Source: Schleiferilactobacillus perolens DSM 12744
Lineage (GTDB): Bacteria; Bacillota; Bacilli; Lactobacillales; Lactobacillaceae
DNA length: 64,000 bases
Direction of reading: 5' to 3'
Assembly (NCBI RefSeq): GCF_001435585.1
Contig: NZ_AZEC01000007.1
Coordinates: 4,122 to 68,121 of the forward strand
In this document: positions 1 to 9,318 of the stretch, piece after piece
How positions within the stretch are numbered: the stretch's first letter is position 1
How the letters are laid out: every line of letters starts with the position of its first letter
The notes under the pieces: model-generated
What the model was told of the DNA's origin: nothing
What the model saw: the letters and a program-made list of their open reading frames with translations, nothing else
Databases searched by the model: none
Program-made: the position numbers and the translations under genes

Positions 1-376
1 AGATACGAAACAATTTGTCGGCAGTTATGGCGGCATGATCACTGAAGATACGATTTATCAATTATCTGAGGATGCCCAGAACTATTTACAAAACATTGCG
101 GAAAAAGTGCAGGAAGAGGACAATTTTAGCGACTTATCGATCCATGTCCGCTTTGGCAATCCCAAGACGGTCATTGCTAAAGATTTCTTGGAAGACCACC
201 ACAACGATTTGATCATGATTGGCGCTACTGGGTTGAATGCCGTGGAGCGATTGCTGGTGGGTTCGGTCACCGAATATGTTAATCGCCATGCGCTTTGTGA
301 TGTACTGGTCGTGAAGTCGGGTAAAGTATCCGCCGAAGGAAAAGAACAGAAGGCTGAAAAGCCAGCGGAGAAGTAG
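1..376 (+). CDS. Universal stress protein UspA family, 5'-truncated. The reading frame is open back to the window edge and the listed ORF starts at 35.
   Basis: C-terminal UspA motifs (IMIGATGLNAVERLLVGSVTEYVNRHALCDVLVVK). No in-frame stop between position 2 and the ATG at 35. Confidence 0.7.
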   Translation, partial: DTKQFVGSYGGMITEDTIYQLSEDAQNYLQNIAEKVQEEDNFSDLSIHVRFGNPKTVIAKDFLEDHHNDLIMIGATGLNAVERLLVGSVTEYVNRHALCDVLVVKSGKVSAEGKEQKAEKPAEK

Positions 377-400
377 TTCAGAATTAAGCGTAAAAGGAAA

Positions 401-1423
401 ATGAGGATGAAGAAAAGTCAATACGGGATCCTGTTGGCCGGAAGTGCGGCCTTGATGTGGGGAGTATCTGGTCCCATGTCTCAGTTGTTGTTTACCACCA
501 ATCACGTCTCAGTGCATTGGTTGATCGCGTCAAAGATGCTTTTGTCTGGCGCTTTACTGGTTGGTGCAGGATTGTTTACGCAAAAGGAGAAAATGCTCGG
601 AATTTGGCGTAGTTGGCAAAACATTTTGTCGTTATTGGCGTTTACCGCCATCGGCATGGTTTCAATGCAGTTTATTTACTACCAAGCCGTGGCCGTTTCA
701 GATGCCGCGACGGCGACGATTCTGCAATTTACTTCGCCAATCTTGGTGGTCTTGTACTTAGCCTTGGCCGAGCGTAAATTACCGGCACGTATCGATATTA
801 TCGCCGTGTTGTTGGCAATCATGGGTACTTACTTGATCGTCACCCGCGGCGACTTGGGTCATTTGGCGATTACCCCGAATGGTCTTTTCTGGGGCATTGC
901 CGCGGCCTTCGCTGCAGCAGTGTACACCTTGATGCCGCGCAACCTGATTCGTGAGTTCGGCGCAATTTCTACCGTCGGCTGGTCCATGCTGATTGGTGGT
1001 ATCGTGATGGCGCCGACTGTGCCCGTGCAGGAGTGGGTACCACATTTAACTGATGCCGGCGTTGGCGCGTATCTCTTTATCCTGTTTTTCGGCACTGTGA
1101 TTGCGTATGCGATGTATTTGGGCAGTCTCAAATATACGACGGCCACAGTGGCCAGTGTCCTCGATTCCTTTGAACCATTGGGGGCGGCAATTTTGTCGAT
1201 TCTCATGTTCAATCGCCATTTCGGCCCGGCGGAACTGATCGGTACGGGATTAATTATCTTGACCGTGATTGGGATGGCTTTGCTGCCGCATCCGAATCCG
1301 CAGATGCATGCCGCGGTCAAACGGACTTCTTCGGAACAAACGACCGTGGATACGCCCGCAGCACTATCCATGGCGCCGATTGGTCCCCAGACCATGCCGG
1401 CGCATAAACCGAATACCAGGTAA
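401..1423 (+). CDS. EamA/DMT-superfamily drug/metabolite transporter (10 TM)
   Basis: Hydrophobic 340-aa protein with two EamA-like halves. RBS AAAGGAAAA upstream. Followed by a terminator. Confidence 0.8.
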   Translation: MRMKKSQYGILLAGSAALMWGVSGPMSQLLFTTNHVSVHWLIASKMLLSGALLVGAGLFTQKEKMLGIWRSWQNILSLLAFTAIGMVSMQFIYYQAVAVSDAATATILQFTSPILVVLYLALAERKLPARIDIIAVLLAIMGTYLIVTRGDLGHLAITPNGLFWGIAAAFAAAVYTLMPRNLIREFGAISTVGWSMLIGGIVMAPTVPVQEWVPHLTDAGVGAYLFILFFGTVIAYAMYLGSLKYTTATVASVLDSFEPLGAAILSILMFNRHFGPAELIGTGLIILTVIGMALLPHPNPQMHAAVKRTSSEQTTVDTPAALSMAPIGPQTMPAHKPNTR

Positions 1424-1428
1424 ACAAA

Positions 1429-1469
1429 ATGACCATCGTCAAGACAAATTGACGATGGTCATTTTTATT
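1429..1469. terminator. Rho-independent terminator after the DMT transporter gene
   Basis: Stem ATGACCATCGTC / GACGATGGTCAT followed by TTTTATT. Confidence 0.7.
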
Positions 1470-1857
1470 CGTTGGGAAGTGCCTAAGAAAGCGCACCGTT
1501 CAGGAGATTGGGTAACCGCTCCACCCGTTGGTTTGCGGTCAACGCCACGATATACCCATTTTTGAGATGCATGGTGTAAGTGACAGTTGGCTTTAGGACG
1601 AGAGGACGGCCGCGATAATCGACGATGGGCAACAAGAAGTTCCTAACTGTTGACATAAGGACCGCATCCTTTCTGAAAAAAGCAAACATACCACGCCATT
1701 GCCTTATCCACTTACATTTTATTAGTCTCATGTGATGAAAGCAAGAATAAAGTTTGCAAAGAATGTTTGTGGAAAATGACAATCTTCGCCCAATTCGTGA
1801 ATAGTGTATAATAACAGTGAAAAAGTTGGGGTCAACTGAAAGATAGTTCTGCGATGC

Positions 1858-1950
1858 CGTGCCAAAGCTGCGCAGTCTCCGGTGGCAGGGGGCTGGAACG
1901 TGGTGACGGCGCTTTGAGCCCGCAAAGTGCGCGGTCTCAAAGTCGCCTAA
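1858..1950 (-). repeat. Half copy (one arm, inverted orientation) of the 180-bp palindromic repeat family
   Basis: Reverse complement matches the right arm of the copies at 30122-30300 and 36827-36999 at about 90% (…GTTAGGCG.CTTGA.GACCGCGCACTTTGCGGGCT.CAAGCGCCGTCAC.GCGTTCCAGCC…GCAGCTTTGGCACG). Confidence 0.75.
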
Positions 1951-2086
1951 CAGCATATAATCTTGGCCAAAACCAGGCCAAGATTATTGCTGTTTCCACC
2001 ACTGAGCTCCCTGCCACCTCCGACTGCTCCGCATTGTCACTTGTTCCAGGACAAATCAATTGACTCGGGATTTTAGGAGGACGGAT

Positions 2087-2581
2087 ATGGAACCCACTGC
2101 AATTAGTGAATATGCCGACTGGCTGGAAAGTCATGTTGACGATATCGTGAGTAAACGTGCCGCATTAGACGAACAAAAAGTGTACGCCATTGTGGATGCT
2201 TTAAAGGTATTACCGGAGCCTGTACAGACTTATTTGACCATGAGCCAGGAGAAGTACTATGAAGACGGATCCAGTCATGATTTGGATCTTGACGGCGGGT
2301 CAGCTCCGGTCAGTGAGGTCCACGACCGCTTGATGGTCAACCATGTGGACGGTGTTTTACCAGAAAACACCGTGCATTTTACGTATAATCATGAGGATGT
2401 CTATCAGGATGGTTATGCGCCGCGTCGAGACTGTCAGATCATGATGTATGCGCTGGAAGTACTCGGCGCCGTTGCCGGTGTCCACGGCTTTGATTTGTTT
2501 GCAGAAAATGTCAAAGCCGACGCCGTTGTTTCTATTGCGTTATCGGCCAAGACAATCGCCGATTGGCAGCAAACGAATTAA
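2087..2581 (+). CDS. Hypothetical acidic protein (164 aa)
   Basis: AGGAGG RBS 7 nt upstream of the ATG at 2087. The listed ORF 2060..2581 carries a spurious N-terminal extension. No recognisable domain. Confidence 0.6.
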   Translation: MEPTAISEYADWLESHVDDIVSKRAALDEQKVYAIVDALKVLPEPVQTYLTMSQEKYYEDGSSHDLDLDGGSAPVSEVHDRLMVNHVDGVLPENTVHFTYNHEDVYQDGYAPRRDCQIMMYALEVLGAVAGVHGFDLFAENVKADAVVSIALSAKTIADWQQTN

Positions 2582-2603
2582 CAATTCCAACAAGTGAAAA
2601 TAA

Positions 2604-2630
2604 AAAGCCGGCCGCAGGGTCGGCTTTTTG
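2604..2630. terminator. Bidirectional terminator between convergent genes
   Basis: AAAAGCCGGCC-GCAG-GGTCGGCTTTTTG, with an A-run upstream and a T-run downstream. Confidence 0.65.
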
Positions 2631-2640
2631 CATGCGCGGA

Positions 2641-3681
2641 TCAAACCAACGTTTTGCGCAGTGCCTGATAATCATCGTGTAATTGTTGCGTGACCGCGTC
2701 GATTGTTTTTGGATCGGCAAAAGCGTGGGTCATGGACGTCAGGTTGCTGGCCTGGAAATCGGCCGCCTCCAACCCAAACAGTTCATGGAATAACATGTAT
2801 TCGCGGGTGAGATTAGTATGGGACACTGTCCGGTTGTCGGTACTAATATTGAACGGCACATGGGCCGCGGCCAGGTCCCGGTAATGGAAGTGGTCAATAT
2901 CGCTGGCTGCCTTAGTCTGCAAGTTCGAAGTCAAACAGATTTCAAACAATGTGTCCGTATCGTGGGCCAGCTGCAGTGCATCAGCATGACCGTGGATGGC
3001 GGTCCCGTGACCGATCCGTTTAGCCCCCAGCTTGATTGCCTCGACCACATTTTCCACACAGCCGCATTCACCGGCGTGCAAAGTGAGCGGAATATGGTGT
3101 GCGGCCGCATAATCAATGGCCGGTTGCAAAGTATGGGGCGGGAAATGGGCCTCATCACCGGCAAAATCCACGCCCACAACGCCTTTATCTTTGAGGACGT
3201 TGCCAGCAGTGAACGCCGTGATCGATCGTTCGATCGGTTGCTGGCGCATACCACAGATCAAAATTCGAGTAGTAATGCCCGTTTCTTCCTGGGCGCGGGC
3301 TAAACCGTGGGCCACCGCAATGATCGTATCCGCTTCTGTCATGCCCTTGTCTGTGGATAAGGTGGGTGCGAAGCGGACTTCTAAATAGCGCACATTTTCT
3401 CGCGCCGCCTGACTGGCCACGTCAAAAGCGGCCAACGACAATGCCTCTGGAATTTGCAATAAAGGCCCGATGAAATCGAAGCGTTCCAAGTATTCCATTA
3501 AGGAAGAGACATCCGGTGGTGCAATGACCTTCCGCGCTAATTCTTCATCCGTCGCCGGGATCGGAATATGCTGCATCTCTGCAATTTCTCGAATTGTGGG
3601 AATTGAAATCGATCCATCCAAGTGACAATGCAACTCCACCTTGGGTAATTGGTGGGCAATGGCTTCGTTAAAAACGGACAC
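2641..3681 (-). CDS. add: Adenosine deaminase
   Basis: 346 aa. Metal-binding motif HCHLDGS at the N-terminus and the C-terminal SLTHTNLTREY / STDNRTVS motifs of the ADA family. Confidence 0.9.
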   Translation of the reverse strand: MSVFNEAIAHQLPKVELHCHLDGSISIPTIREIAEMQHIPIPATDEELARKVIAPPDVSSLMEYLERFDFIGPLLQIPEALSLAAFDVASQAARENVRYLEVRFAPTLSTDKGMTEADTIIAVAHGLARAQEETGITTRILICGMRQQPIERSITAFTAGNVLKDKGVVGVDFAGDEAHFPPHTLQPAIDYAAAHHIPLTLHAGECGCVENVVEAIKLGAKRIGHGTAIHGHADALQLAHDTDTLFEICLTSNLQTKAASDIDHFHYRDLAAAHVPFNISTDNRTVSHTNLTREYMLFHELFGLEAADFQASNLTSMTHAFADPKTIDAVTQQLHDDYQALRKTLV

Positions 3682-3746
3682 AATGGTGACCTCCTCGCGT
3701 GTTTGTTACAAGACTAACACGTCGCTGGGCGATAAAAAAGAGGCGC

Positions 3747-4085
3747 TTACGCGATAATGCAATGGATCAGTCGCAATATTTGGGCAAATGCATCGTCTCC
3801 CAATTGAGCAACGTACCAGGTATGGGTGTCCGCCACTTTAATGGTGAACGGCCGCAACGGATCGGCACAGCCGCGAATGCCGCTGCTGGCCGATAAGGGT
3901 ACGATCATTTTGTCTGCCAATAATTGGGCATTGGGCTGGCGCACCACAGGACAGCAGATGACTTGGCCGGTATAGGCACAGTAGCCGGCATTACTGATGA
4001 CCACGGCGGCTCTTTTTTTATCTGCTGACTTCTTGGCTGCCAGCCAAATAATGTCTTGGCGCTGGGGGAAGTATAGATCACGCAT
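3747..4085 (-). CDS. mazF: MazF/PemK-family endoribonuclease toxin (112 aa)
   Basis: Internal Met of ORF 3747..4196. The AVVISNAGY…QVICCPVV core is PemK-like. The start overlaps the antitoxin stop by 8 nt. Confidence 0.7.
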   Translation of the reverse strand: MRDLYFPQRQDIIWLAAKKSADKKRAAVVISNAGYCAYTGQVICCPVVRQPNAQLLADKMIVPLSASSGIRGCADPLRPFTIKVADTHTWYVAQLGDDAFAQILRLIHCIIA

Positions 4086-4272
4086 CGGTGGTACACCGTA
4101 ATCCGGAATGGGTCTGTAAAAATTCGCGATCTTTGAAGGGGTTTTTACTCTTCGGATAAAATACGATGGCGCCTTGCTCCCCAGCGAAGACACCATAGTC
4201 TGCGTTGGGTAAAAAGGGAATACTGCTGGGCACTGTTAAGACATGGGAATTCCCCACTTTTCTAACTTTCAT
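4078..4272 (-). CDS. mazE: MazE/PemI-type antitoxin (SpoVT/AbrB fold, 64 aa)
   Basis: MKVRKVGNSHVLTVP swapped-hairpin motif. Immediately upstream of the toxin and overlapping it. Confidence 0.7.
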   Translation of the reverse strand: MKVRKVGNSHVLTVPSSIPFLPNADYGVFAGEQGAIVFYPKSKNPFKDREFLQTHSGLRCTTDA

Positions 4273-4466
4273 CTCATTCTTTCCTCTTTTCAGTAATGAT
4301 GATAAATGAGCATAGCATAGGCTGGGGGCCGTGTACAGAGTTAGTGAACGACTACTTTTCAGCCTAGCATGGGTTTGTCAAAACGGCGGGAAGAATGGCT
4401 AATTGGTCGTAAAATCGAGGGGGCAAATACCGTTGAAGAATCCGCAACGGATGCGCAGAAAGTGGG

Positions 4467-4480
4467 AGAAAGCGCTATCG
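4467..4480. promoter_or_regulatory. Possible cre (CcpA) site in the pdp leader
   Basis: AGAAAGCGCTATCG compared with cre consensus TGWNANCGNTNWCA: two end mismatches, central palindrome intact. Confidence 0.25.
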
Positions 4481-4611
4481 AAACGCTCGTGCTAACAAAA
4501 GTGTAAGGTCATATTCCAATATACTCAGTGTATACCTCGGTTCGAAAACGCTTTTCGGCGATGATATACTGGTGTTATCAAGAAGTGAAGAGAAAGACGA
4601 GGGGATTTACC

Positions 4612-5910
4612 ATGCGGATGGTCGATATTATTCAAGCCAAACGAGATGGACAAGAACTGACGAAAGAACAAATTGATTTTGTGATTGATGGGTACACCCA
4701 GGGAACCATTCCAGATTATCAAATGAGTGCCTGGCTCATGGCGATTTACTTTCAAAATATGACGCCGCTGGAGATCAGTGTGCTAACCGATGCCATGCTG
4801 CACTCCGGAGATGTCCTGAATTTGGCCAAAATTCCTGGCATTAAAGTAGATAAACATTCTACTGGCGGAGTGGGGGATAAAATCTCGATTCCGTTGGCCC
4901 CCTTAGTGGCTGCCGCCGGAGCCAAAAACCCCATGATTTCTGGTCGCGGACTCGGTCATACTGGCGGGACGCTGGATAAGTTAGAGGCCATTCCCGGATT
5001 CAATGTGGACTTGACTGAAGAACAATTCATTCAACAGGTGACCACGATTGGGACGGCCATTACCAGTGCCACAGGTAATTTGGCGCCGGCCGACAAGAAG
5101 ATTTATGCGTTGCGCGATGTTACCGGCACAGTAGAAGCCATTCCATTGATCAGCAGTTCTATTATGAGTAAAAAACTGGCTTCCGGTACGGATGGTCTGG
5201 TATTGGATGTCAAAACCGGCAACGGGGCCTTTATGAAGACTGAAGCCCGCGCCACCGAATTGGCAGAAGCCTTGGTGCGGATCGGTCACCAAGCAGGGAT
5301 CAAGATTGTCGCCCTGCTCACTGACATGTCTCAACCATTGGGTTATGCGATTGGGAATGCCTTAGAAATCGCTGAGTCCATTGATGTTCTCAAGAACAAG
5401 GGCCCAGCGGATGTGCGGGAATTGACGCTCACGCTGGGCGCCCACATGCTGATACAAGCAGAAATTGCGGAAGATTTACCGACGGCGCGGCGGATTTTGG
5501 AGAATCGCCTGGCAGACGGCAGTGCTCTGGCCAAGTTCAAAGAAATGATCACCGCCCAAGGCGGAGATGCCAGTATTGTGGATCATCCTACCAAGATGCC
5601 GCAAGCTAACCACACCATTCCAGTGTTGGCGCCAAAAGCCGGTGTTGTTGACCAGATGGCCACGGATCGCTTGGGTGTTGCGAGTATGATTCTTGGCGGC
5701 GGCCGCCAGAAGAAGGGCGATGTCGTCGATCATGCTGTGGGTTTGGTTTTGCATAAGAAAATTGGTGACAAGGTCGCCCATGGCGAATTATTGGCGACCA
5801 TTTATGCCGAAGAACCGGCACGCCCAGATGTGGTGGATATGGTGCTAGCCGCCATCCATATCGGTGATAATGCCACAGCACCCAAGTTGATCCATCACAT
5901 CATTCAGTGA
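4612..5910 (+). CDS. pdp: Pyrimidine-nucleoside (thymidine) phosphorylase
   Basis: MRMVDIIQAKRDG… plus SGRGLGHTGGTLDKLE motifs. RBS GAGGGGA. The listed ORF 4528..5910 is an upstream extension. Confidence 0.9.
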   Translation: MRMVDIIQAKRDGQELTKEQIDFVIDGYTQGTIPDYQMSAWLMAIYFQNMTPLEISVLTDAMLHSGDVLNLAKIPGIKVDKHSTGGVGDKISIPLAPLVAAAGAKNPMISGRGLGHTGGTLDKLEAIPGFNVDLTEEQFIQQVTTIGTAITSATGNLAPADKKIYALRDVTGTVEAIPLISSSIMSKKLASGTDGLVLDVKTGNGAFMKTEARATELAEALVRIGHQAGIKIVALLTDMSQPLGYAIGNALEIAESIDVLKNKGPADVRELTLTLGAHMLIQAEIAEDLPTARRILENRLADGSALAKFKEMITAQGGDASIVDHPTKMPQANHTIPVLAPKAGVVDQMATDRLGVASMILGGGRQKKGDVVDHAVGLVLHKKIGDKVAHGELLATIYAEEPARPDVVDMVLAAIHIGDNATAPKLIHHIIQ

Positions 5911-6028
5911 GTGGGAATATTGCTTTTTCCGGGGTAATTGTTCGCCACTAAGGGGAAAACCTGTTATGCTGGTATTGGAAGCAGTACCAACTGCGCCACA
6001 ATTAATTGAATAGATAGGGGCGGTTTAT

Positions 6029-7177
6029 GTGAGTTTACGTGATGATTTACAAGCACTTGTACAGGATGTTGGCGTCCATGGCCCATTTGTTTCATTGTTC
6101 ATGCCAGTCCATCCTGAAGATGTCACCATGGAGAAAGACCGGACTCAGTTTAAGAGCTTGGTTTCGCAGGCCCAAGCAGACTTTGCGAAGAAGTATCCAG
6201 ATGCGGAGTGGCGGCCCTTCGGTGAGAAGTTTGCGCTGATCTTGGCGGAACGTCAGCTGATTAGCGGCACCAATACCAGCATGGCCGTCATTGCTGGGGC
6301 GGATCACGTGTATCAATACTTTATGCGCCTCCCGTTGAATCCAGAAGTGAAAATAACTGAAAACCTTTATGTCTTACCGATTATTGAAAATGACCAATAC
6401 AACATCAACTATGATTTACTGGCCCTGGAAAAAGAAAGCTTCAAGTTATTCTCTGTCCACGGTCATGATGTCACAGAAGTCGATCTGCCAAAGAGTGCGC
6501 CCACCAATCGAGCGGATGCCATTGGTACTGAATTAAAGAACGACAATGATATGCAGCGGTCGACGGGTGCCCGGGGCAATTCCGTGTTCCATGGTCACGA
6601 TCCCAAGGAAGAAACGGACCGGGCTGACACGGAACGCTACTTCAAGATGGTGGACGATTGGATTCGAGCCAACATCTCTGTACCGACACATACCCCAGTC
6701 ATCCTCATGGCAGTGGATGAAGTTCAAGGGGAGTACCGTAAGATTTCCAAGAGCGGTGTACTATTGGATCAACCGCGGATTGCCAAGATGCCGCCGAAGC
6801 TGAATAAGAATGATCTGCACGCTGTCGCGGTGGAGTTGGAAGAAGAACTCCGGGTCATTGCGAAGAAACGAGTGCAAAAGGCCAATGACGATGCCCGTTC
6901 TGGTAACCGGGCCAGCTCGGCAGTGCCAGATATTGCCCGTGCAGCCATTGAAGGTCGGGTGGATACATTGATCTTGAAGCGTGGTGCTTCTGCACCAGGC
7001 GCTATCGGCTTTGACCACTTGGTCGATCGGGAAAGCGAAGACGCTCGGGCTAACAACCTGTTGAACGATATTGCAGTCGTGGTATTAGGTTATGGCGGCC
7101 GAGTATTTGTTCAAGGCGACGATGGTTTCAACGATAAAGAAGTGGCCCATGCGATTCTGCGGGGCCGGATTGGTTAG
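6029..7177 (+). CDS. Hypothetical protein, possibly eRF1/Pelota-like (baeRF / host-attachment family)
   Basis: 382-aa soluble protein. GTG start after AGGGGGCGG. The C-terminal VDTLILKRG segment recalls eRF1 domain 3. Family assignment is from memory only. Confidence 0.6.
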   Translation: MSLRDDLQALVQDVGVHGPFVSLFMPVHPEDVTMEKDRTQFKSLVSQAQADFAKKYPDAEWRPFGEKFALILAERQLISGTNTSMAVIAGADHVYQYFMRLPLNPEVKITENLYVLPIIENDQYNINYDLLALEKESFKLFSVHGHDVTEVDLPKSAPTNRADAIGTELKNDNDMQRSTGARGNSVFHGHDPKEETDRADTERYFKMVDDWIRANISVPTHTPVILMAVDEVQGEYRKISKSGVLLDQPRIAKMPPKLNKNDLHAVAVELEEELRVIAKKRVQKANDDARSGNRASSAVPDIARAAIEGRVDTLILKRGASAPGAIGFDHLVDRESEDARANNLLNDIAVVVLGYGGRVFVQGDDGFNDKEVAHAILRGRIG

Positions 7178-7198
7178 TTAATCAAATGAAACATCTTG

Positions 7199-7227
7199 CA
7201 CCTGTGGGCGACCACGGGTGTTTTTGT
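7199..7227 (+). terminator. Terminator after 6029..7177
   Basis: CACCTGTGG-GCGA-CCACGGGTG followed by TTTTTGTG. Confidence 0.6.
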
Positions 7228-7364
7228 GTACAGATGACTTAGTCGAATAGATAGGCACCCATCTACGGTACTCGTTCGTGGTAAATAACACATGCGAAAC
7301 AGTATCAGAATTCTGGCAAACGCAAACTTAGGTAAGCTATTAATGAATTCTTAACTTATACCGC

Positions 7365-7393
7365 TTGCAGTTCGAGATTCAGCGGCTTACTAT
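7365..7393 (+). promoter_or_regulatory. Sigma-A-type promoter of the first SH3b-repeat paralog
   Basis: TTGCAG, 17-nt spacer, TACTAT. Duplicated with the same spacing at 8442-8470. Confidence 0.5.
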
Positions 7394-7448
7394 GATTGTG
7401 ACAGAAAGATTACAAAAATGTTTCAGCTGTCATAAGGGGGATTTAGCA

Positions 7449-8219
7449 ATGAAGAAATCATTGATCGTTTTATTCAGTGCTGCGCTGCTCGGCTTAGGGG
7501 CGGCCACATTTTCTGCGCAACCCGCCGTAGCGGCCACTCACAATGTCACACGGACGAATCCGACAGACAACGACATCAGTCACAGCGATTTTGGTGTCGT
7601 CACGGTCGGTCCGCGGGCGGCAATGCTTTACACGGATCATCAGTTGACTAAGGCTGCTAACCGTACTTTACCTGCGGGTTCGCAGTGGCGTTATACCGTT
7701 CGCGGGATACAGAATTACAGCGATGGTTCAACTAAGGTTTGGTCTTACCGGGTCGGCACAAACTTATGGTTACCCGCAAGCGAGAGCAGTGTGCTATCTT
7801 ATCAACCTGGCTTCAGCATCTATCACCACGATATTGTCCAGGTTCTAAAAGGGGGCGCACCGGTTTACTCGGACATCGCATTGCAACATACGACTGGTCG
7901 AAAATTGCCAGCTGGTTCCCAGTGGCAGTTCGGTCGGGCGCTGATTAATGATGGCGGTCAACTCTATGGTTACCAGGTTGGCGGTAACGAATTCGTGGCG
8001 GCATCGAATACGACGCTCGTTCAACGGCGCGGTATTTTCACTGTGGGACATGCCAGTGCTTTTACGATTAATTCCGGTCGTGTTGTCGGACGACAATTGG
8101 CCGGTGGTTCCCGGTGGCAGACCAATCGCATTGTTTATATGCATGGTGGTTTCTATTACCAAGTGGCCACTGATCTGTATATTGGCGCCATTGCTGGGAC
8201 CTGGACGCCAAGCAAGTAA
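7449..8219 (+). CDS. Secreted protein of 3 GW/SH3b-type cell-wall-binding repeats, no catalytic domain
   Basis: Signal peptide MKKSLIVLFSAALLGLGAATFSAQPAVAA. Repeats have the pattern R.LP.GS.W…YYQVATN.W. RBS AAGGGGGA. Confidence 0.8.
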   Translation: MKKSLIVLFSAALLGLGAATFSAQPAVAATHNVTRTNPTDNDISHSDFGVVTVGPRAAMLYTDHQLTKAANRTLPAGSQWRYTVRGIQNYSDGSTKVWSYRVGTNLWLPASESSVLSYQPGFSIYHHDIVQVLKGGAPVYSDIALQHTTGRKLPAGSQWQFGRALINDGGQLYGYQVGGNEFVAASNTTLVQRRGIFTVGHASAFTINSGRVVGRQLAGGSRWQTNRIVYMHGGFYYQVATDLYIGAIAGTWTPSK

Positions 8220-8297
8220 TATATCTGGATAAAAGCGAACTAGACAGGCGCTAAGCGGTTGGATTCAATTCCGCAATAGATTATGAGAAACACAAAG

Positions 8298-8342
8298 AGA
8301 AGCTCTCAGTAGGCAAAACAGTCCACTGAGAGCTTCTTTTTG
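8298..8342 (+). terminator. Terminator between the tandem paralogs
   Basis: AGAAGCTCTCAGT…ACTGAGAGCTTCT followed by TTTT. Confidence 0.75.
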
Positions 8343-8441
8343 CGAATGGATACCGGACAAGACTGCTAGGAAGTCAAAAGTGCGAGGCCAATCAAAATGG
8401 ATACCCAGGTATGATGTTAACAAATTCTTAACTTATAGCGC

Positions 8442-8470
8442 TTGCAGTTGAGCGCCAGGTGGGCTACGAT
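8442..8470 (+). promoter_or_regulatory. Duplicated promoter of the second paralog
   Basis: TTGCAG, 17 nt, TACGAT. The flanking 110 bp are about 80% identical to 7340-7448. Confidence 0.5.
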
Positions 8471-8525
8471 AAATATGACAGTAGTGTTACAAATACATTT
8501 CAGCTGTCACAAAGGGGATTTAGCA

Positions 8526-9296
8526 ATGAAGAAATCATTTGTCGTATTATTCGGTGCCGTATTGCTTAGTTTCGGAGCAGTGGTGGTGGCTGCACAACCA
8601 GTTTCGGCGGCGACCAATGTCACTAGTTCTGTGACTGAGAAGTTTTCCCAGTCTGATGATTTTGGGGTCCTGACTGCACCAGATTATTCGCAGCAGCTCT
8701 ATACGGACGCCAAATTAACGAAACCGGCTAACCGAACGGTACCCGCATCGTCCAGATGGCGGTATACGGCCGTTTTAGGTGTTATTCGCGGTAATGACCC
8801 AGAGCGCACATATTCTTATCGCGTCGCCACGAATCTTTGGCTGCCGGCCGAGGGCGTACGTTTTTTGACCTCCTATCAGCCAGGTACCAGCGTCTGGCAT
8901 CACGATATTGTGCAAGTGAACAATAACGCGGGTGCGCGCGTTTATTCCGATCTAACTTTCAAGAAACCCACTGGTCGAGTGTTGCCTAAGGGATCGCGGT
9001 GGCAATTTGCCCGGGGTGTGACAAATCGGCTGGATGAATTAATTGGCTACCAGGTTGGCACTAATGAGTTTGTACTTGAATCAGATGCCAGCATTGTCCA
9101 GCGGCGGGGTGTTTTCACTGCCCAAAAGGGTGGAGCAGACATTGTGAACGGCCCCGGTACCGTCCAACGTAAAGTAGCGGGTGGTTCTCGTTGGCGTACG
9201 ACATCTGTCACTTTTATGCACAATCGCTTCTATTATCAAATTGCCACATATCTGTGGGTGGACAGTAATTTAGGCACTTGGATGCCCCAAAAATAA
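8526..9296 (+). CDS. Secreted SH3b/GW-repeat protein, paralog of 7449..8219
   Basis: MKKSFVVLFGAVLL signal peptide, three repeats, identical RBS and 5' leader. Confidence 0.8.
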   Translation: MKKSFVVLFGAVLLSFGAVVVAAQPVSAATNVTSSVTEKFSQSDDFGVLTAPDYSQQLYTDAKLTKPANRTVPASSRWRYTAVLGVIRGNDPERTYSYRVATNLWLPAEGVRFLTSYQPGTSVWHHDIVQVNNNAGARVYSDLTFKKPTGRVLPKGSRWQFARGVTNRLDELIGYQVGTNEFVLESDASIVQRRGVFTAQKGGADIVNGPGTVQRKVAGGSRWRTTSVTFMHNRFYYQIATYLWVDSNLGTWMPQK

Positions 9297-9318
9297 TGCA
9301 CCACGAGGAGAATAAACC

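Noticed and set aside
859-1395. 178-aa minus-strand ORF
   Set aside because: Antisense to the DMT transporter gene, which has strong homology support.
1483-1956. 157-aa minus-strand ORF spanning the intergenic region and the repeat copy
   Set aside because: It overlaps the terminator and the palindromic repeat. No RBS. More likely a non-coding repeat than a gene.
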